From contig JBFWON010000001.1 of the NCBI GenBank assembly GCA_050250515.1, forward strand, positions 30,035 to 94,034: DNA of 64,000 nt. The letters run 5' to 3'. The position numbers and the translations under genes were made by a program. The notes below the pieces were generated by a model, which made no database searches, was not told where the DNA came from, and saw only the letters and a list, made by a program, of their open reading frames with translations. This DNA is from Bdellovibrionales bacterium (lineage in GTDB: Bacteria > Bdellovibrionota > Bdellovibrionia > Bdellovibrionales > UBA1609). This document shows positions 8,639 to 18,307 of the stretch, piece by piece (the stretch's first letter is position 1; every line of letters begins with the position of its first letter).

Positions 8639-11600
8639 ATGTCTTTTGTCCACTTGCACGTTCACTCTCAATACTCGCTGCTAGAGGCCACTTGTCGAGT
8701 GAAAGCCTTGGCCAAGCGGGCGGCCGAGTACAAAATGCCAGCGGTCGCCCTAACAGACCTTGGCAATATGTTTGGCGCGATCGAGTTTTATTTTGCCTGT
8801 CGGGATGCCGGAGTGAACCCGATCATAGGCCTGGAAGTATTTTTAGCGCCCAAGTCGCGACATGAAAAACATCAGGAGGGTGAACCCCTTCGGCGATTGG
8901 TTCTTCTTGCGCAGAATCTCGAAGGCTACCGCAACCTTTGCCGTCTTTCGAGTGCGGGGTTCCAAGAGGGATTTTACTATCGACCCCGAGTCGACTATGA
9001 ACTCATTGCCCAAAACAGCGAGAATATCCTGGCTCTCACGGGCGGGTGGATGGGCGACGTGCCATCTCTCTTCCGTGACAAAGGTCCCGATGCGGCGAAT
9101 GCCAGAATTGAGGATCTTCGCAAAATTTTTGGCGATCGACTGTACTTGGAGCTCAATCGGACGGGTGTTCAAGGCTGGGATCCGATCAACAGTTTTTTGT
9201 GTGAGGTAGGAAAGCAAAAGGGTATAAAAACCGTGGCCGCTGCCGATGTCCATTATGTAGTGCCCGAGGATCAACTGGCGCAAGAAGTTCTGGTTTGTAT
9301 CGGTACCAATCGAACGCTTCAGGATGAAAGTCGATACAAGTTAGGTAGCGATCAGTTCTATTTTAAATCCTCGCAAGAAATGAGCGATCTCTTTCGAGAT
9401 TTGCCGGAAGCCATTGAAAATACGAATCTTGTAGCAGATCGGTGCGCGGTCAAGTTCACCCTGAAGGACGCAAGTGGCGCGCCCATCTATCATTTGCCAA
9501 GTTATCCCACGGAGGGAGGCACCAGTCTCACCGATGAGATCCGTCGTCTTTCGATGGCGGGTCTTGAGCGGCGAATGGAAGAGGCCGAAAAACGCGGTGA
9601 AGGAATTCCCCAAGAAAACCGGCAGAAGTACCGAGATCGACTGGAGTATGAACTCGGTGTGATTGATAAAATGGGGTTCAACGGATACTTCCTCATCGTT
9701 CAAGATTTTATTGGTTGGGCTAAGGATCACGACATCCCTGTGGGGCCGGGGCGGGGATCGGGAGCAGGCTCCCTAGTCGCCTACTCCTTACGAATTACTG
9801 ATTTAGATCCAATGCCTTACAATCTCATCTTCGAGCGCTTTTTGAATCCCGAGCGGATCAGCATGCCCGACTTTGATATCGACTTTTGTCAAGAGCACCG
9901 AGGGCGGGTGATTGAATACGTCACGCAGAAATATGGAGCGCAGTCGGTCTCGCAGATCATCACCTACGGACGTTTGCAGGCGCGTGCTGCGATTCGAGAT
10001 GTGGGCCGAGTGTTAGGAATGACCTATGCGGAGGTCGACATTGTCGCCAAGCTAGTGCCTGAGAAAATCGGCATCAACTTGGATGAAGCCATTGAGATGG
10101 AACCAAGACTTAAAGAGCTGATGGAACTCGACCCTAAAGTGAATATGCTTATGGAGATTGCCCGTCGGATCGAAGGTCTGGTCCGCCATGCGGGAATTCA
10201 TGCGGCCGGCGTGATCATTGCTGACGGCAATATTATGGACCATGCGCCGCTGTATCGCGGGGTCGATGGCGAAAACGTAGTCCAGTTCGATATGAAGCAC
10301 GCGGAGAAAATCGGACTGATCAAGTTCGACTTCTTGGGTCTAAAAACTCTCACACATATTCAAGAAGCCCTCGACCTGATCAAAACCAATCGTGGCAAAT
10401 TTTTCTCCGTCCAGGATATCTCTCTCTTTGACCCTGGTATCTACAGCATCATGTGCAAAGGGGACACGGCTGGGATTTTCCAGTTTGAGGGTGAGGGCAT
10501 TACAGACCTGATTCGAAAAGCCCGACCTTCCTGTTTTGAGGACATTGTCGCCATTAACGCTCTTTATCGTCCAGGTCCGATGGATATGATTCCGGACTAT
10601 CTGGCCCGCAAACACGGTGAGAAAAAGGTCTCTTACCTTTTTCCGCAACTTGAGGAAGTTTTAAAAGAGACTTACGGAGTTATCGTATACCAAGAGCAGG
10701 TTCAGTTGGTCGCGGCACGAATCGCCAACTATAGTTTGGGCGAAGCCGATATGCTCCGCCGCGCGATGGGTAAGAAAATCGCTGAAGAAATGGCGGTTCA
10801 AAAGAAGCGCTTTTTGAAAGGCGCCGCAGAGAATCAGCACGACTCAAGTAAAGCCGAACAGCTCTTTGACCTAATGGCGGAGTTTGCCAAATACGGATTC
10901 AATAAATCTCATGCGGCCGCCTATTGTGTTGTGGCGGCTCAAACGGCCTGGTTGAAAAACTATTATCCGGTCGAATTTTATGCCGCACTCCTTAGCGTGG
11001 AGATGAGCGACACCGACAAGATTGTTAAATACGTTAAGGACGCTCAGTCGCATCAAATAGAAATCGTACCAGCCCATGTGAATCACTCCAATTATCGATT
11101 CTCGGTTCAAGGCGAAAAAATCCTCTTTAGTCTTGGTGCGATCAAAGGCGTAGGCGAAGGCGCCGTGCAGGCTATTGTCGAAGCTCGCGAATCCATGCCA
11201 GAGAAAAAGTTCGCCACCCTGGACGAATTCTTCGATAAAGTGGATTTGAAAAAAGTGAATAAAAAAACTATCGAAGCCTTGATTAAAGCGGGAGCCTTAG
11301 ATGGTTTTGGGTACAACCGAAATGAGATCTCGAGTGGTTACAGCCAATTTGTCGAGCGGAGTGAAGTCGTTCGGCAAGATCGCGAGGTCGGCCAGGCGTC
11401 GCTATTCGATTTGGATGACTCCACGTCAGAGGAGCAGCAAGTTCAGTTGGCCCATATGCCCGATTGGAGCCGGGGAGTGTCGCTGGCTTTCGAAAAGGAG
11501 GTTTTGGGATTTTACCTAACGGATCATCCTTTGCGTGGGATGGAGTCTCTCGGTCGCTTTCTCGGTGTGCGCTCAATTCAAGCGCTGGCTTCTGAGAGCG

Positions 11601-12094
11601 CTAAAGCCAAAGTTCAAATTTTGGGGTTGATTTCGACTTATCGGGAGATCATCACCAAAAAAGGAACACGCATGGCGTTTGCCCGGGTCGAAGATCTAAC
11701 GGGCAGTCTTGAGTTGGTGATTTTTCCAGATACCTTTGCGCAATATGAGCGAGTTTTGAAATGCGAAGCGCCTGTTTTAGTGTCTGGAAATTTAGAGAGT
11801 GAAGAAGGCGGCGGTCAAAAGATCATTGTCGAGCAAATCAAAACGGCCGAAGAAATGTTTCGCCTGGTGAAAAGGGTGACCCTTAAGCTTAAAGGTACGG
11901 ATCAATCGCCGCTCGAAAAACTGAAAGACTGGGCGGATTCGAACTGCGGTGAAGTGGATTTGATTTTTCAATTGGATCTAGCGGATCTTGGGAAAACCGT
12001 TTTGCTAGAGGCAAAACAAGTCGCAAGGGTCAAGCCTTCATCCGAAGCCTTCGACAAACTCTCGCGCATAGGTGTGGATTATGGATTGGCATAG
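8639..12094 (+). CDS. dnaE: DNA polymerase III alpha subunit
   Basis: PHP domain FVHLHVHSQYS, GRGSGAGSLV, PDFDIDF, OB fold. The ATG at 8639 follows the guaA stop; the track start at 8624 overlaps guaA. Confidence 0.95.
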   Translation: MSFVHLHVHSQYSLLEATCRVKALAKRAAEYKMPAVALTDLGNMFGAIEFYFACRDAGVNPIIGLEVFLAPKSRHEKHQEGEPLRRLVLLAQNLEGYRNLCRLSSAGFQEGFYYRPRVDYELIAQNSENILALTGGWMGDVPSLFRDKGPDAANARIEDLRKIFGDRLYLELNRTGVQGWDPINSFLCEVGKQKGIKTVAAADVHYVVPEDQLAQEVLVCIGTNRTLQDESRYKLGSDQFYFKSSQEMSDLFRDLPEAIENTNLVADRCAVKFTLKDASGAPIYHLPSYPTEGGTSLTDEIRRLSMAGLERRMEEAEKRGEGIPQENRQKYRDRLEYELGVIDKMGFNGYFLIVQDFIGWAKDHDIPVGPGRGSGAGSLVAYSLRITDLDPMPYNLIFERFLNPERISMPDFDIDFCQEHRGRVIEYVTQKYGAQSVSQIITYGRLQARAAIRDVGRVLGMTYAEVDIVAKLVPEKIGINLDEAIEMEPRLKELMELDPKVNMLMEIARRIEGLVRHAGIHAAGVIIADGNIMDHAPLYRGVDGENVVQFDMKHAEKIGLIKFDFLGLKTLTHIQEALDLIKTNRGKFFSVQDISLFDPGIYSIMCKGDTAGIFQFEGEGITDLIRKARPSCFEDIVAINALYRPGPMDMIPDYLARKHGEKKVSYLFPQLEEVLKETYGVIVYQEQVQLVAARIANYSLGEADMLRRAMGKKIAEEMAVQKKRFLKGAAENQHDSSKAEQLFDLMAEFAKYGFNKSHAAAYCVVAAQTAWLKNYYPVEFYAALLSVEMSDTDKIVKYVKDAQSHQIEIVPAHVNHSNYRFSVQGEKILFSLGAIKGVGEGAVQAIVEARESMPEKKFATLDEFFDKVDLKKVNKKTIEALIKAGALDGFGYNRNEISSGYSQFVERSEVVRQDREVGQASLFDLDDSTSEEQQVQLAHMPDWSRGVSLAFEKEVLGFYLTDHPLRGMESLGRFLGVRSIQALASESAKAKVQILGLISTYREIITKKGTRMAFARVEDLTGSLELVIFPDTFAQYERVLKCEAPVLVSGNLESEEGGGQKIIVEQIKTAEEMFRLVKRVTLKLKGTDQSPLEKLKDWADSNCGEVDLIFQLDLADLGKTVLLEAKQVARVKPSSEAFDKLSRIGVDYGLA

Positions 12095-12680
12095 AGGCAT
12101 GAACGTGGCTTTTGTTTTGGCCCTAATGTACGCATGGGGAGGAAGTTTAGTGACATTCGCAACGGAGAATAAATCAACCGTCGGTACGCCAGAATCTTTG
12201 CACCAGTTTCACGTTCAAGACGTGGACGGTAAGAGCGTTGATCTCGGTCGCTACAAAGGGAAGGTTGTTCTTGTGGTGAACACCGCTTCAAAGTGCGGCT
12301 ACACTCCTCAGCTGAAGGGCCTTCAGGAGCTTTACGAAGAGTTCAAAGACTCAGGATTTGTCGTGCTGGCATTCCCGAGTCCTGACTTCGGTGGGCAGGA
12401 ACCAGGAGCTAATCCGCAGATTAAGGCCTTTTGCCAAACCCAATACGGTGTAGAGTTTCCTCTGATGGCCAAGGGGCCGGTGAAGGGTCCGCAAAAGCAG
12501 CCTGTTTTTAAGTTTTTGACAGAATCTGGGCCCGAACCGGGTGAGATTCAGTGGAACTTCGAAAAGTTCCTCGTCTCCCCTGAAGGGCGCGTCGTGCGCC
12601 GGTTTCGTTCCAAGGTGACACCAGCTGATACAGAGCTTCGTAAGTCTCTGCAAACGCTGCTTAAGAAGACAAAATTGTAG
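12072..12680 (+). CDS. gpx: Glutathione peroxidase (Cys-type), with signal-like N-terminus
   Basis: NTASKCGYT (TGC Cys codon, not TGA), FPSPDFGGQEP, WNFEKFL. Alternative starts at 12081 and 12099. Confidence 0.85.
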   Translation: MWIMDWHRGMNVAFVLALMYAWGGSLVTFATENKSTVGTPESLHQFHVQDVDGKSVDLGRYKGKVVLVVNTASKCGYTPQLKGLQELYEEFKDSGFVVLAFPSPDFGGQEPGANPQIKAFCQTQYGVEFPLMAKGPVKGPQKQPVFKFLTESGPEPGEIQWNFEKFLVSPEGRVVRRFRSKVTPADTELRKSLQTLLKKTKL

Positions 12681-12769
12681 AGCCTAATTTACACCAGTTG
12701 GCCTGGTACGCGGCTTGCTCTCTTTTCTTTACAGGAACTCGACCGGTGTCATGACAGCACCAGTCAAGA

Positions 12770-13039
12770 ATGGAAGGGGAAAGTATGCAAGAACAAAGTA
12801 TTCTCGGTCACGAAGACACGGTTCAAGACGATACCATTGGCCCACGTGTGGCTCAGTTGGCCAGCCGTCTTAAGGTGAAGCAGACTCGAATCGCTCAGGA
12901 TTGTGAGATCTCGCGCATTTCGGTGAACCGCTTCTTTCGTGGTCGCAGCGAAATCCGCGCCACCGATCTGGTCAATGTTCTCAAAGTACTAGGTATCGAC
13001 CTTGAGCAAGAAATCCAACGCCGTCTTTATGGTGTCTAA
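12770..13039 (+). CDS. XRE-family helix-turn-helix protein
   Basis: 89 aa. KQTRIAQDCEISRISVNRFFRG HTH pattern. Confidence 0.55.
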   Translation: MEGESMQEQSILGHEDTVQDDTIGPRVAQLASRLKVKQTRIAQDCEISRISVNRFFRGRSEIRATDLVNVLKVLGIDLEQEIQRRLYGV

Positions 13040-13106
13040 TTCGGCTTTTTAGGGCCTAGCGTTTGAGTCCGAACTTCGGATTCAACTGGGCCCGGGCCTT
13101 GTTTGA

Positions 13107-13652
13107 TTAGTTCTGTGGATCGATTGCGCCCCAATTAGAAAAATCAACTGAGGCTAAAGCTACAATGCCAGCCAAAGAGTCTTGGGCCTTTTGAATCATA
13201 TCACCCAAGTTCTTTAGGCGATCCGGGACCACCTGCAGATCTGTCAGCTGTCCGGTTGGACTACCAGACAAGCTTTTGTGACAATGCTCAATTTTATCCA
13301 GCATTCGACGTTCGCGCTGATTCAGCACATTCACGATCACTTCCAAAACCTTCGGATTGGCCGAGTAGGTCTGTGTTCCGCGTGCAGACTTGCCGCGATC
13401 TTCGATGACTTTGTGTTCGAGTAGTTCGTGCAGGGAAAGGCTCACCAGAGCTTTCGAAACGCCTAAGCGAGTCCGTATTTGACTCGCGTCCAAGGGTTCT
13501 GTTGCCAGATAAAGATGGGTCCACAGACGCCCGTGGATTCTTTTAAATCCCCAAAAGCATATGAACTCGCCGATCTCATTTGCGAGAGCTTCCAGTTCCC
13601 GACTAACCGCTTCCGCTTCCCTCACAACCACCTCGTTTGTCGAATCCAACAT
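13107..13652 (-). CDS. GbsR/MarR-family winged-helix transcriptional regulator
   Basis: GFKRIHGRLWTHLYL...PLDASQIRTRLGVSKALVSLSLHELLEHKVI is typical of GbsR-type wHTH. Confidence 0.6.
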   Translation of the reverse strand: MLDSTNEVVVREAEAVSRELEALANEIGEFICFWGFKRIHGRLWTHLYLATEPLDASQIRTRLGVSKALVSLSLHELLEHKVIEDRGKSARGTQTYSANPKVLEVIVNVLNQRERRMLDKIEHCHKSLSGSPTGQLTDLQVVPDRLKNLGDMIQKAQDSLAGIVALASVDFSNWGAIDPQN

Positions 13653-13672
13653 GGCGACCTACCCCGTAAAGA

Positions 13673-13939
13673 TTACTTCTGACGCACCAGCCTATCACGT
13701 AACAACTTGCGTTGGCTGTCCATAATGATCTTTACCACCGACTCCGGATTGACTCGGTAAAGACTGATCATGCGAGCCAAAGTCTTCAAGGGCACGACAG
13801 AAATTCCACGCTCAATGTTAGAGATGAACTGCGGGCTGCTATAGCCAAGCTTCCCCGAGACATCCGCTTGAGTTAGGCTGGAACGTTCCCGCACATCACG
13901 TAGGAAAACTCCCAGTTTCTTTCGATCATACTCGAGCAT
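13673..13939 (-). CDS. XRE-family helix-turn-helix regulator
   Basis: LRDVRERSSLTQADVSGKLGYSSPQFISNIERG. Lies 20 nt upstream of the GbsR-like gene on the same strand. Confidence 0.7.
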   Translation of the reverse strand: MLEYDRKKLGVFLRDVRERSSLTQADVSGKLGYSSPQFISNIERGISVVPLKTLARMISLYRVNPESVVKIIMDSQRKLLRDRLVRQK

Positions 13940-14037
13940 AAAAATCCCTTTCCCTTGAATATAAAGTTGTACGACACGAAACTTACGAATGGAACAAAAT
14001 TTTTGCTGTTCGCAAATCCATGGACTAGCATAGCCCT

Positions 14038-15195
14038 ATGACTTGCACAAGATGGTTATCAATCCTCCTTGGAATCAGTTTTTCATTCGGGTCTCTGGCC
14101 CGTCAGCTGACCGACTTAAATTTGGAAGTTCCGGTTTTAAAAAAAGGAACAGAAGGCCGTCAGGAAGCCATGGACCGGGCGGTGGAAGATGCCACTCGTC
14201 AGGTGACTTCGCAGATACTTCGAACGGAAGATCTGGGTCCGGATTGGGAAGAAAAGAAGGCTCGGATCCTAAAGGAGTCGCCAAGATACATCGTGTTAAT
14301 TAAAGGATCTCCCTCGGAGTCTAAAGAGGGTCAGCCAGTTATGTCCGTTAAAATTAGACTGGCCTCCGATCGTTTGGAAGCGCTTTTGCGTGAGACCGGG
14401 GTGATTGGCTCCCAGACCGTTCGGCTCTTACCCTTGGTTTATGTGCACGACCTGGAGGGCGATCGTTACTCCTGGTGGACGGATCTGGGCGACGACAAAA
14501 CCAAGTCACTTACGCGCTCGGCCTATATGAAGTTCAACTCATCGTTAATTCGGATTCTCAAAGGCCAGTCGGTTCAAGTTCTAGATCCCAGTAAGTCCAG
14601 CTTTCGAATGAGTGTTCCCGCCAGCTATCGAACATCCAGTTTACGGCGAGAAGACCAATCCTCGCTCGCCCAGTTTTTGAAAGCCGAAGTCGTACTGAGT
14701 GGCTACCTGGATGTTCAAGCGGACAAAGTGACTTACCAACTCGACCTTTGGCAGGCGCGCTCGGGGCGAACTCTAGCCGAAGCGCAGGGTTCGGAGTCTT
14801 TGTCGGATCGAAAAACCAAAACGGTCGAAAAAGAGATCGCATCGCTGGAAAAACGGGCTCTTGCCGAAATCAAAGAAAAATTGGTCGCCGTGGTAAAGGA
14901 AGGCAGCCTCAACTTGTCGGTTCTTCGCCTCGCAGTCGAAGGTGCAATGTCGCAAAAGCAGCAGGCTGATTTAAAGAATCAGCTCTCTTCGCTTCGCGAG
15001 GTACGATTGATCCGCGAGCGGATCGTAGAAGCGGAGCGGATGACTTATGAAGTTGAGTCCTCTATCTCGGCCGAGGATTTGGGTCAGGTTATTGGCAAAG
15101 CTAAGTTTCCTGGCTTTCATGTTCAGGTTTCTGGGCGGCAGGACAATAGTCTTATTTTGGCTGTGAAAGCCACGGGCTCGTCCTCCGCCCAATAG
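14038..15195 (+). CDS. Hypothetical secreted protein
   Basis: Signal-like N-terminus (WLSILLGISFSFGSLA). No recognisable catalytic motif. Confidence 0.45.
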   Translation: MTCTRWLSILLGISFSFGSLARQLTDLNLEVPVLKKGTEGRQEAMDRAVEDATRQVTSQILRTEDLGPDWEEKKARILKESPRYIVLIKGSPSESKEGQPVMSVKIRLASDRLEALLRETGVIGSQTVRLLPLVYVHDLEGDRYSWWTDLGDDKTKSLTRSAYMKFNSSLIRILKGQSVQVLDPSKSSFRMSVPASYRTSSLRREDQSSLAQFLKAEVVLSGYLDVQADKVTYQLDLWQARSGRTLAEAQGSESLSDRKTKTVEKEIASLEKRALAEIKEKLVAVVKEGSLNLSVLRLAVEGAMSQKQQADLKNQLSSLREVRLIRERIVEAERMTYEVESSISAEDLGQVIGKAKFPGFHVQVSGRQDNSLILAVKATGSSSAQ

Positions 15196-15219
15196 TCGCT
15201 GAAAGGCGAATCCTATATA

Positions 15220-16167
15220 ATGGTTTGCATGCGGATCCGATTTTGGGCGACATCTCTGCTTATACTTACCCAAGTGGGCTGTGCCGCTTTAGGGCGGAGG
15301 TCAGAAAAACCGGCTGGTCCTGAGGAGCGGGATGTTCCCATGAATGCCCGGGGATCGGAAGAGGCTCCTCGTCATCGAATTTTGGTTCTGCCCTTTTTAA
15401 ACGAGCGGATGGAGACTTCGAAAAACGTTCCTGAAGTGGCCCGTCAAACGGTCGTCCGTGAATTACTTCGTACCGGACACTTTGTCGTCGTGGCTCTTGA
15501 GGATTTTCCGCAAGACCCCAAAACGTTTATGACCGAGGAAAACGATTACGACATGGCTCAAATCGCCAAGATTGCTGCTACGATGGGTGTGGCGGCCGTG
15601 CTCGAAGGCAAGGTGATGAGCATTCGGGCTAAACGAGTCGGTGATTCCGTTGGATTGATTCGCCAATTAAAAGCCCAAATTTCCACCCAGGTGCGTGTGC
15701 GGGTTTTCGCCGGGAAGAATAGCAAAGAACTTCTTAATGAAATGCGCTCCGCCGACACTGAGGCCACAACCACACGGGTTGGGGAAAACGGAGACCTGAC
15801 CCAATCCATAGGGGATGATCCAGAGCTAGTTCGGGCCGCCGTTCGTCAGGCGTTTATGAGTTCGGTTCCCAACATTGTTCGCGCTGTGGAGAAATTGAGT
15901 TGGGAGGGTCGCGTGGCCATGATCGCAGGGGAGAGAGTTTATATCAATGCGGGCCGTCTCTCCGGCTTGCAGATCGGCGATATTCTTAAGGTCACGGAAG
16001 AGGGCGACGACGTTTATGATCCTGAAACCGGCCGGTTTATTGGTACGGCGCCGGGGCGCCTTAAAGGAACGGTTGAGGTGGTCTCCTACTTCGGCAAAGA
16101 CGGCGCGATCAGCGTGATTCATTCAGGCTCAGGCTTTAATGAAAACGATCGCGTCGAGCTTTACTGA
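15220..16167 (+). CDS. Hypothetical lipoprotein (CsgG/LpoB/FlgT-like features)
   Basis: Lipobox LTQVGC. VLPF.N...ARQTVVRELLRTGHFVVV and C-terminal GERVYINAGRLSGLQIGDILKV beta-domain pattern. The family assignment is tentative. Confidence 0.45.
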   Translation: MVCMRIRFWATSLLILTQVGCAALGRRSEKPAGPEERDVPMNARGSEEAPRHRILVLPFLNERMETSKNVPEVARQTVVRELLRTGHFVVVALEDFPQDPKTFMTEENDYDMAQIAKIAATMGVAAVLEGKVMSIRAKRVGDSVGLIRQLKAQISTQVRVRVFAGKNSKELLNEMRSADTEATTTRVGENGDLTQSIGDDPELVRAAVRQAFMSSVPNIVRAVEKLSWEGRVAMIAGERVYINAGRLSGLQIGDILKVTEEGDDVYDPETGRFIGTAPGRLKGTVEVVSYFGKDGAISVIHSGSGFNENDRVELY

Positions 16168-16188
16168 TTTCCCTATCGTTGCTACATC

Positions 16189-16773
16189 TTGGCCGTGCAA
16201 TCTGAATATCTAGGTTTCGTTCGTTATGAGCAGGCATTGAGTCGCCAGCAGGAAACTGCGGAAGACACTATTTTCGGATTTGAACCCATGCCTGTGGTGA
16301 CTTGGGGATACCGGGCGGACCCCGTGACTGAGTTGTTGTGGTCCAAAGAAGAATGGCAGGGTCGTGAATTTCGACTCTTGCCCGTGGATCGGGGCGGTCT
16401 TGCGACGATTCACAATCCCGGCCAGTTGGTGATTTTTCCGGCTGTTGAAATGCAGATGCGCGGGGCCCGCGAATTGATTGAACGGATGGGTAAGGTCACG
16501 CGCCTTCTTTTGAAAGAAGAAGGCTGCGAGGCCCGGTGGGATAAGTGTCAACCTGGCTTGTACACGGAGTTAGGCAAAATCGCTTCTGTCGGGATTCGAA
16601 TTCGTCAGGGACGAACGTTTCATGGGCTAGCGCTCAATGTGCGCAATGATTTGGCCGCTTTTTCGGGCATTCGAGTTTGTGGGGCGGAGGCCGGATCGGT
16701 CGACCGCTTAGGGGGCGACCGGCCACTTTCAGATCTTTTTCAGCAATGGATGAGGCTTTGGCTGGGATCTTAA
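16189..16773 (+). CDS. lipB: Lipoyl(octanoyl) transferase
   Basis: VDRGGLATIHNPGQLV and GKIASVGIRI (catalytic Lys) motifs. Confidence 0.85.
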   Translation: MAVQSEYLGFVRYEQALSRQQETAEDTIFGFEPMPVVTWGYRADPVTELLWSKEEWQGREFRLLPVDRGGLATIHNPGQLVIFPAVEMQMRGARELIERMGKVTRLLLKEEGCEARWDKCQPGLYTELGKIASVGIRIRQGRTFHGLALNVRNDLAAFSGIRVCGAEAGSVDRLGGDRPLSDLFQQWMRLWLGS

Positions 16774-16820
16774 GTTGACAAGAGTCACGGTTTTGGTGGA
16801 ATTTTACCCCTTCCGGTTGT

Positions 16821-16897
<77 letters not shown>

Positions 16898-16912
16898 GTT
16901 TTTGCCCCATGC

Positions 16913-17395
16913 CTAATGATTTTTAGCGAACCAGGCCACGGCAAGAACCTTATTGGTCGAGTCTTCTCGAAAAATGGAAACGGACTCCCCTGACAAGGTG
17001 GTATTGGATTTCAGGCTGTGGTTCGAGACCTTTGTGGTATTGCTACTTTCAAAATAGGCTTTTGGAAATTGCTTTAAGATTTGCTCAATGTTCATTTCAT
17101 TCTCTCCGGGCAGTGGGTTCCAAACGATCTGAATCAGCGTCTTTGATTCATTAAAGATGAATTGAGCTCTATCAAAAAGAGTTTTCGGAGCTAAATACTG
17201 CCATCTTTCGTTGGCGGTGGATTTTTGCTTAGAATCAGGTGGGCCGAATTTCTCTAAGACCTGCTCTTGGGTCAGGTCAGGTGCAAATGTTCGATTGATC
17301 GAGTCAAATGAAAGCCGAGACCCTCTGTCTCTCGATGGAGTTGATGCGCATGCAGTTATCAGAGAAAGGGTCAATAGCACGAATGCTCTTGTCAT
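16913..17395 (-). CDS. Hypothetical lipoprotein
   Basis: Lipobox LSLITAC. Shares a 4-nt overlap with the upstream gene. Confidence 0.45.
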   Translation of the reverse strand: MTRAFVLLTLSLITACASTPSRDRGSRLSFDSINRTFAPDLTQEQVLEKFGPPDSKQKSTANERWQYLAPKTLFDRAQFIFNESKTLIQIVWNPLPGENEMNIEQILKQFPKAYFESSNTTKVSNHSLKSNTTLSGESVSIFREDSTNKVLAVAWFAKNH

Positions 17396-18153
17396 TTTGC
17401 TGGGCTTCCTAACCTGAAGTTAGCATTGAAACGATTGCTAATCCAATCGAAGGCCTTGGGAGTTGTCCTCTTCAGGACCTTCGCCTCAAACAGATAGTAC
17501 TCAAGATTGTTGGCGAAATCCTCATTTGGTCCCTGCCTCCCGTCAGGTTTTACAAATTGTCCAGATCGCTCTTTATAAAGAAATTTTCGACTCTCGGGGT
17601 CAAACTCTGCGATCCATCCGAGCGCTTGACGATAGGAGGCTCGGTCGAGGTCCGTAAAGTTAACAAAGACCTCATGGGCGAGTTCATGGGCGAGAATGCG
17701 CGCTAGTCGTTGATCTTGGCCGAAAGCCGAATCATAAAGCACGATTCTTCCGTCATTGTCGTTGCTGGCGGGGTTGGGGAAAAAGATGGATTTCGACATT
17801 CTATATATTCCCTTAACAGGAAGGCGCTGCAAGGCTTCGGGGAGCTCATTCAACGCCTCGATCAATCGAGTGCGTTGCTCTTCTGTCCACTGCGAAGGCT
17901 TCTCGGATTTGTTTTCCCAATTGGGTGGAGAGCCAGTTTTGAGGATTGGTGACCATGTATCGTAAACTGCGTTCGTTTCTCGGCATGATTCGCTAACTTG
18001 AGTCGCCTTAACAAAAGTTCCGTCCGCCCTGTAGTAGGCCTTTCTTGGATGAGCGCTCACATGATAAGTTCCCGAGGGGCAGTCGAGCGCTGCGACCGAA
18101 AATGGCAACAAAAAGGGTGTTGAAATCTGCAGTAATTTTCGCAAAACGTCCAT
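17392..18153 (-). CDS. Secreted putative zinc metallopeptidase (HEXXH)
   Basis: Signal peptide. ILAHELAHEVF plus downstream NEDFANNLEYY (a gluzincin-like third ligand). Confidence 0.5.
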   Translation of the reverse strand: MDVLRKLLQISTPFLLPFSVAALDCPSGTYHVSAHPRKAYYRADGTFVKATQVSESCRETNAVYDTWSPILKTGSPPNWENKSEKPSQWTEEQRTRLIEALNELPEALQRLPVKGIYRMSKSIFFPNPASNDNDGRIVLYDSAFGQDQRLARILAHELAHEVFVNFTDLDRASYRQALGWIAEFDPESRKFLYKERSGQFVKPDGRQGPNEDFANNLEYYLFEAKVLKRTTPKAFDWISNRFNANFRLGSPAK

Positions 18154-18307
18154 GGACTCTTGTACCGTCTCGCTACGTCGATCGTCATCGACATTGATGC
18201 GCAGTTAAAATAATTCAAGTCCATTCGTTTTGAGGTCCGATTCACGGATACTTAACCCCCAGTCTTTGATCGCCTCATGAGAAAGAATTCGGTAGACTGA
18301 TGACCGT

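Noticed and set aside
12072-12680. Possible selenocysteine in the glutathione peroxidase.
   Set aside because: The active-site codon is TGC (Cys) in NTASKCGYT, and there is no in-frame TGA.
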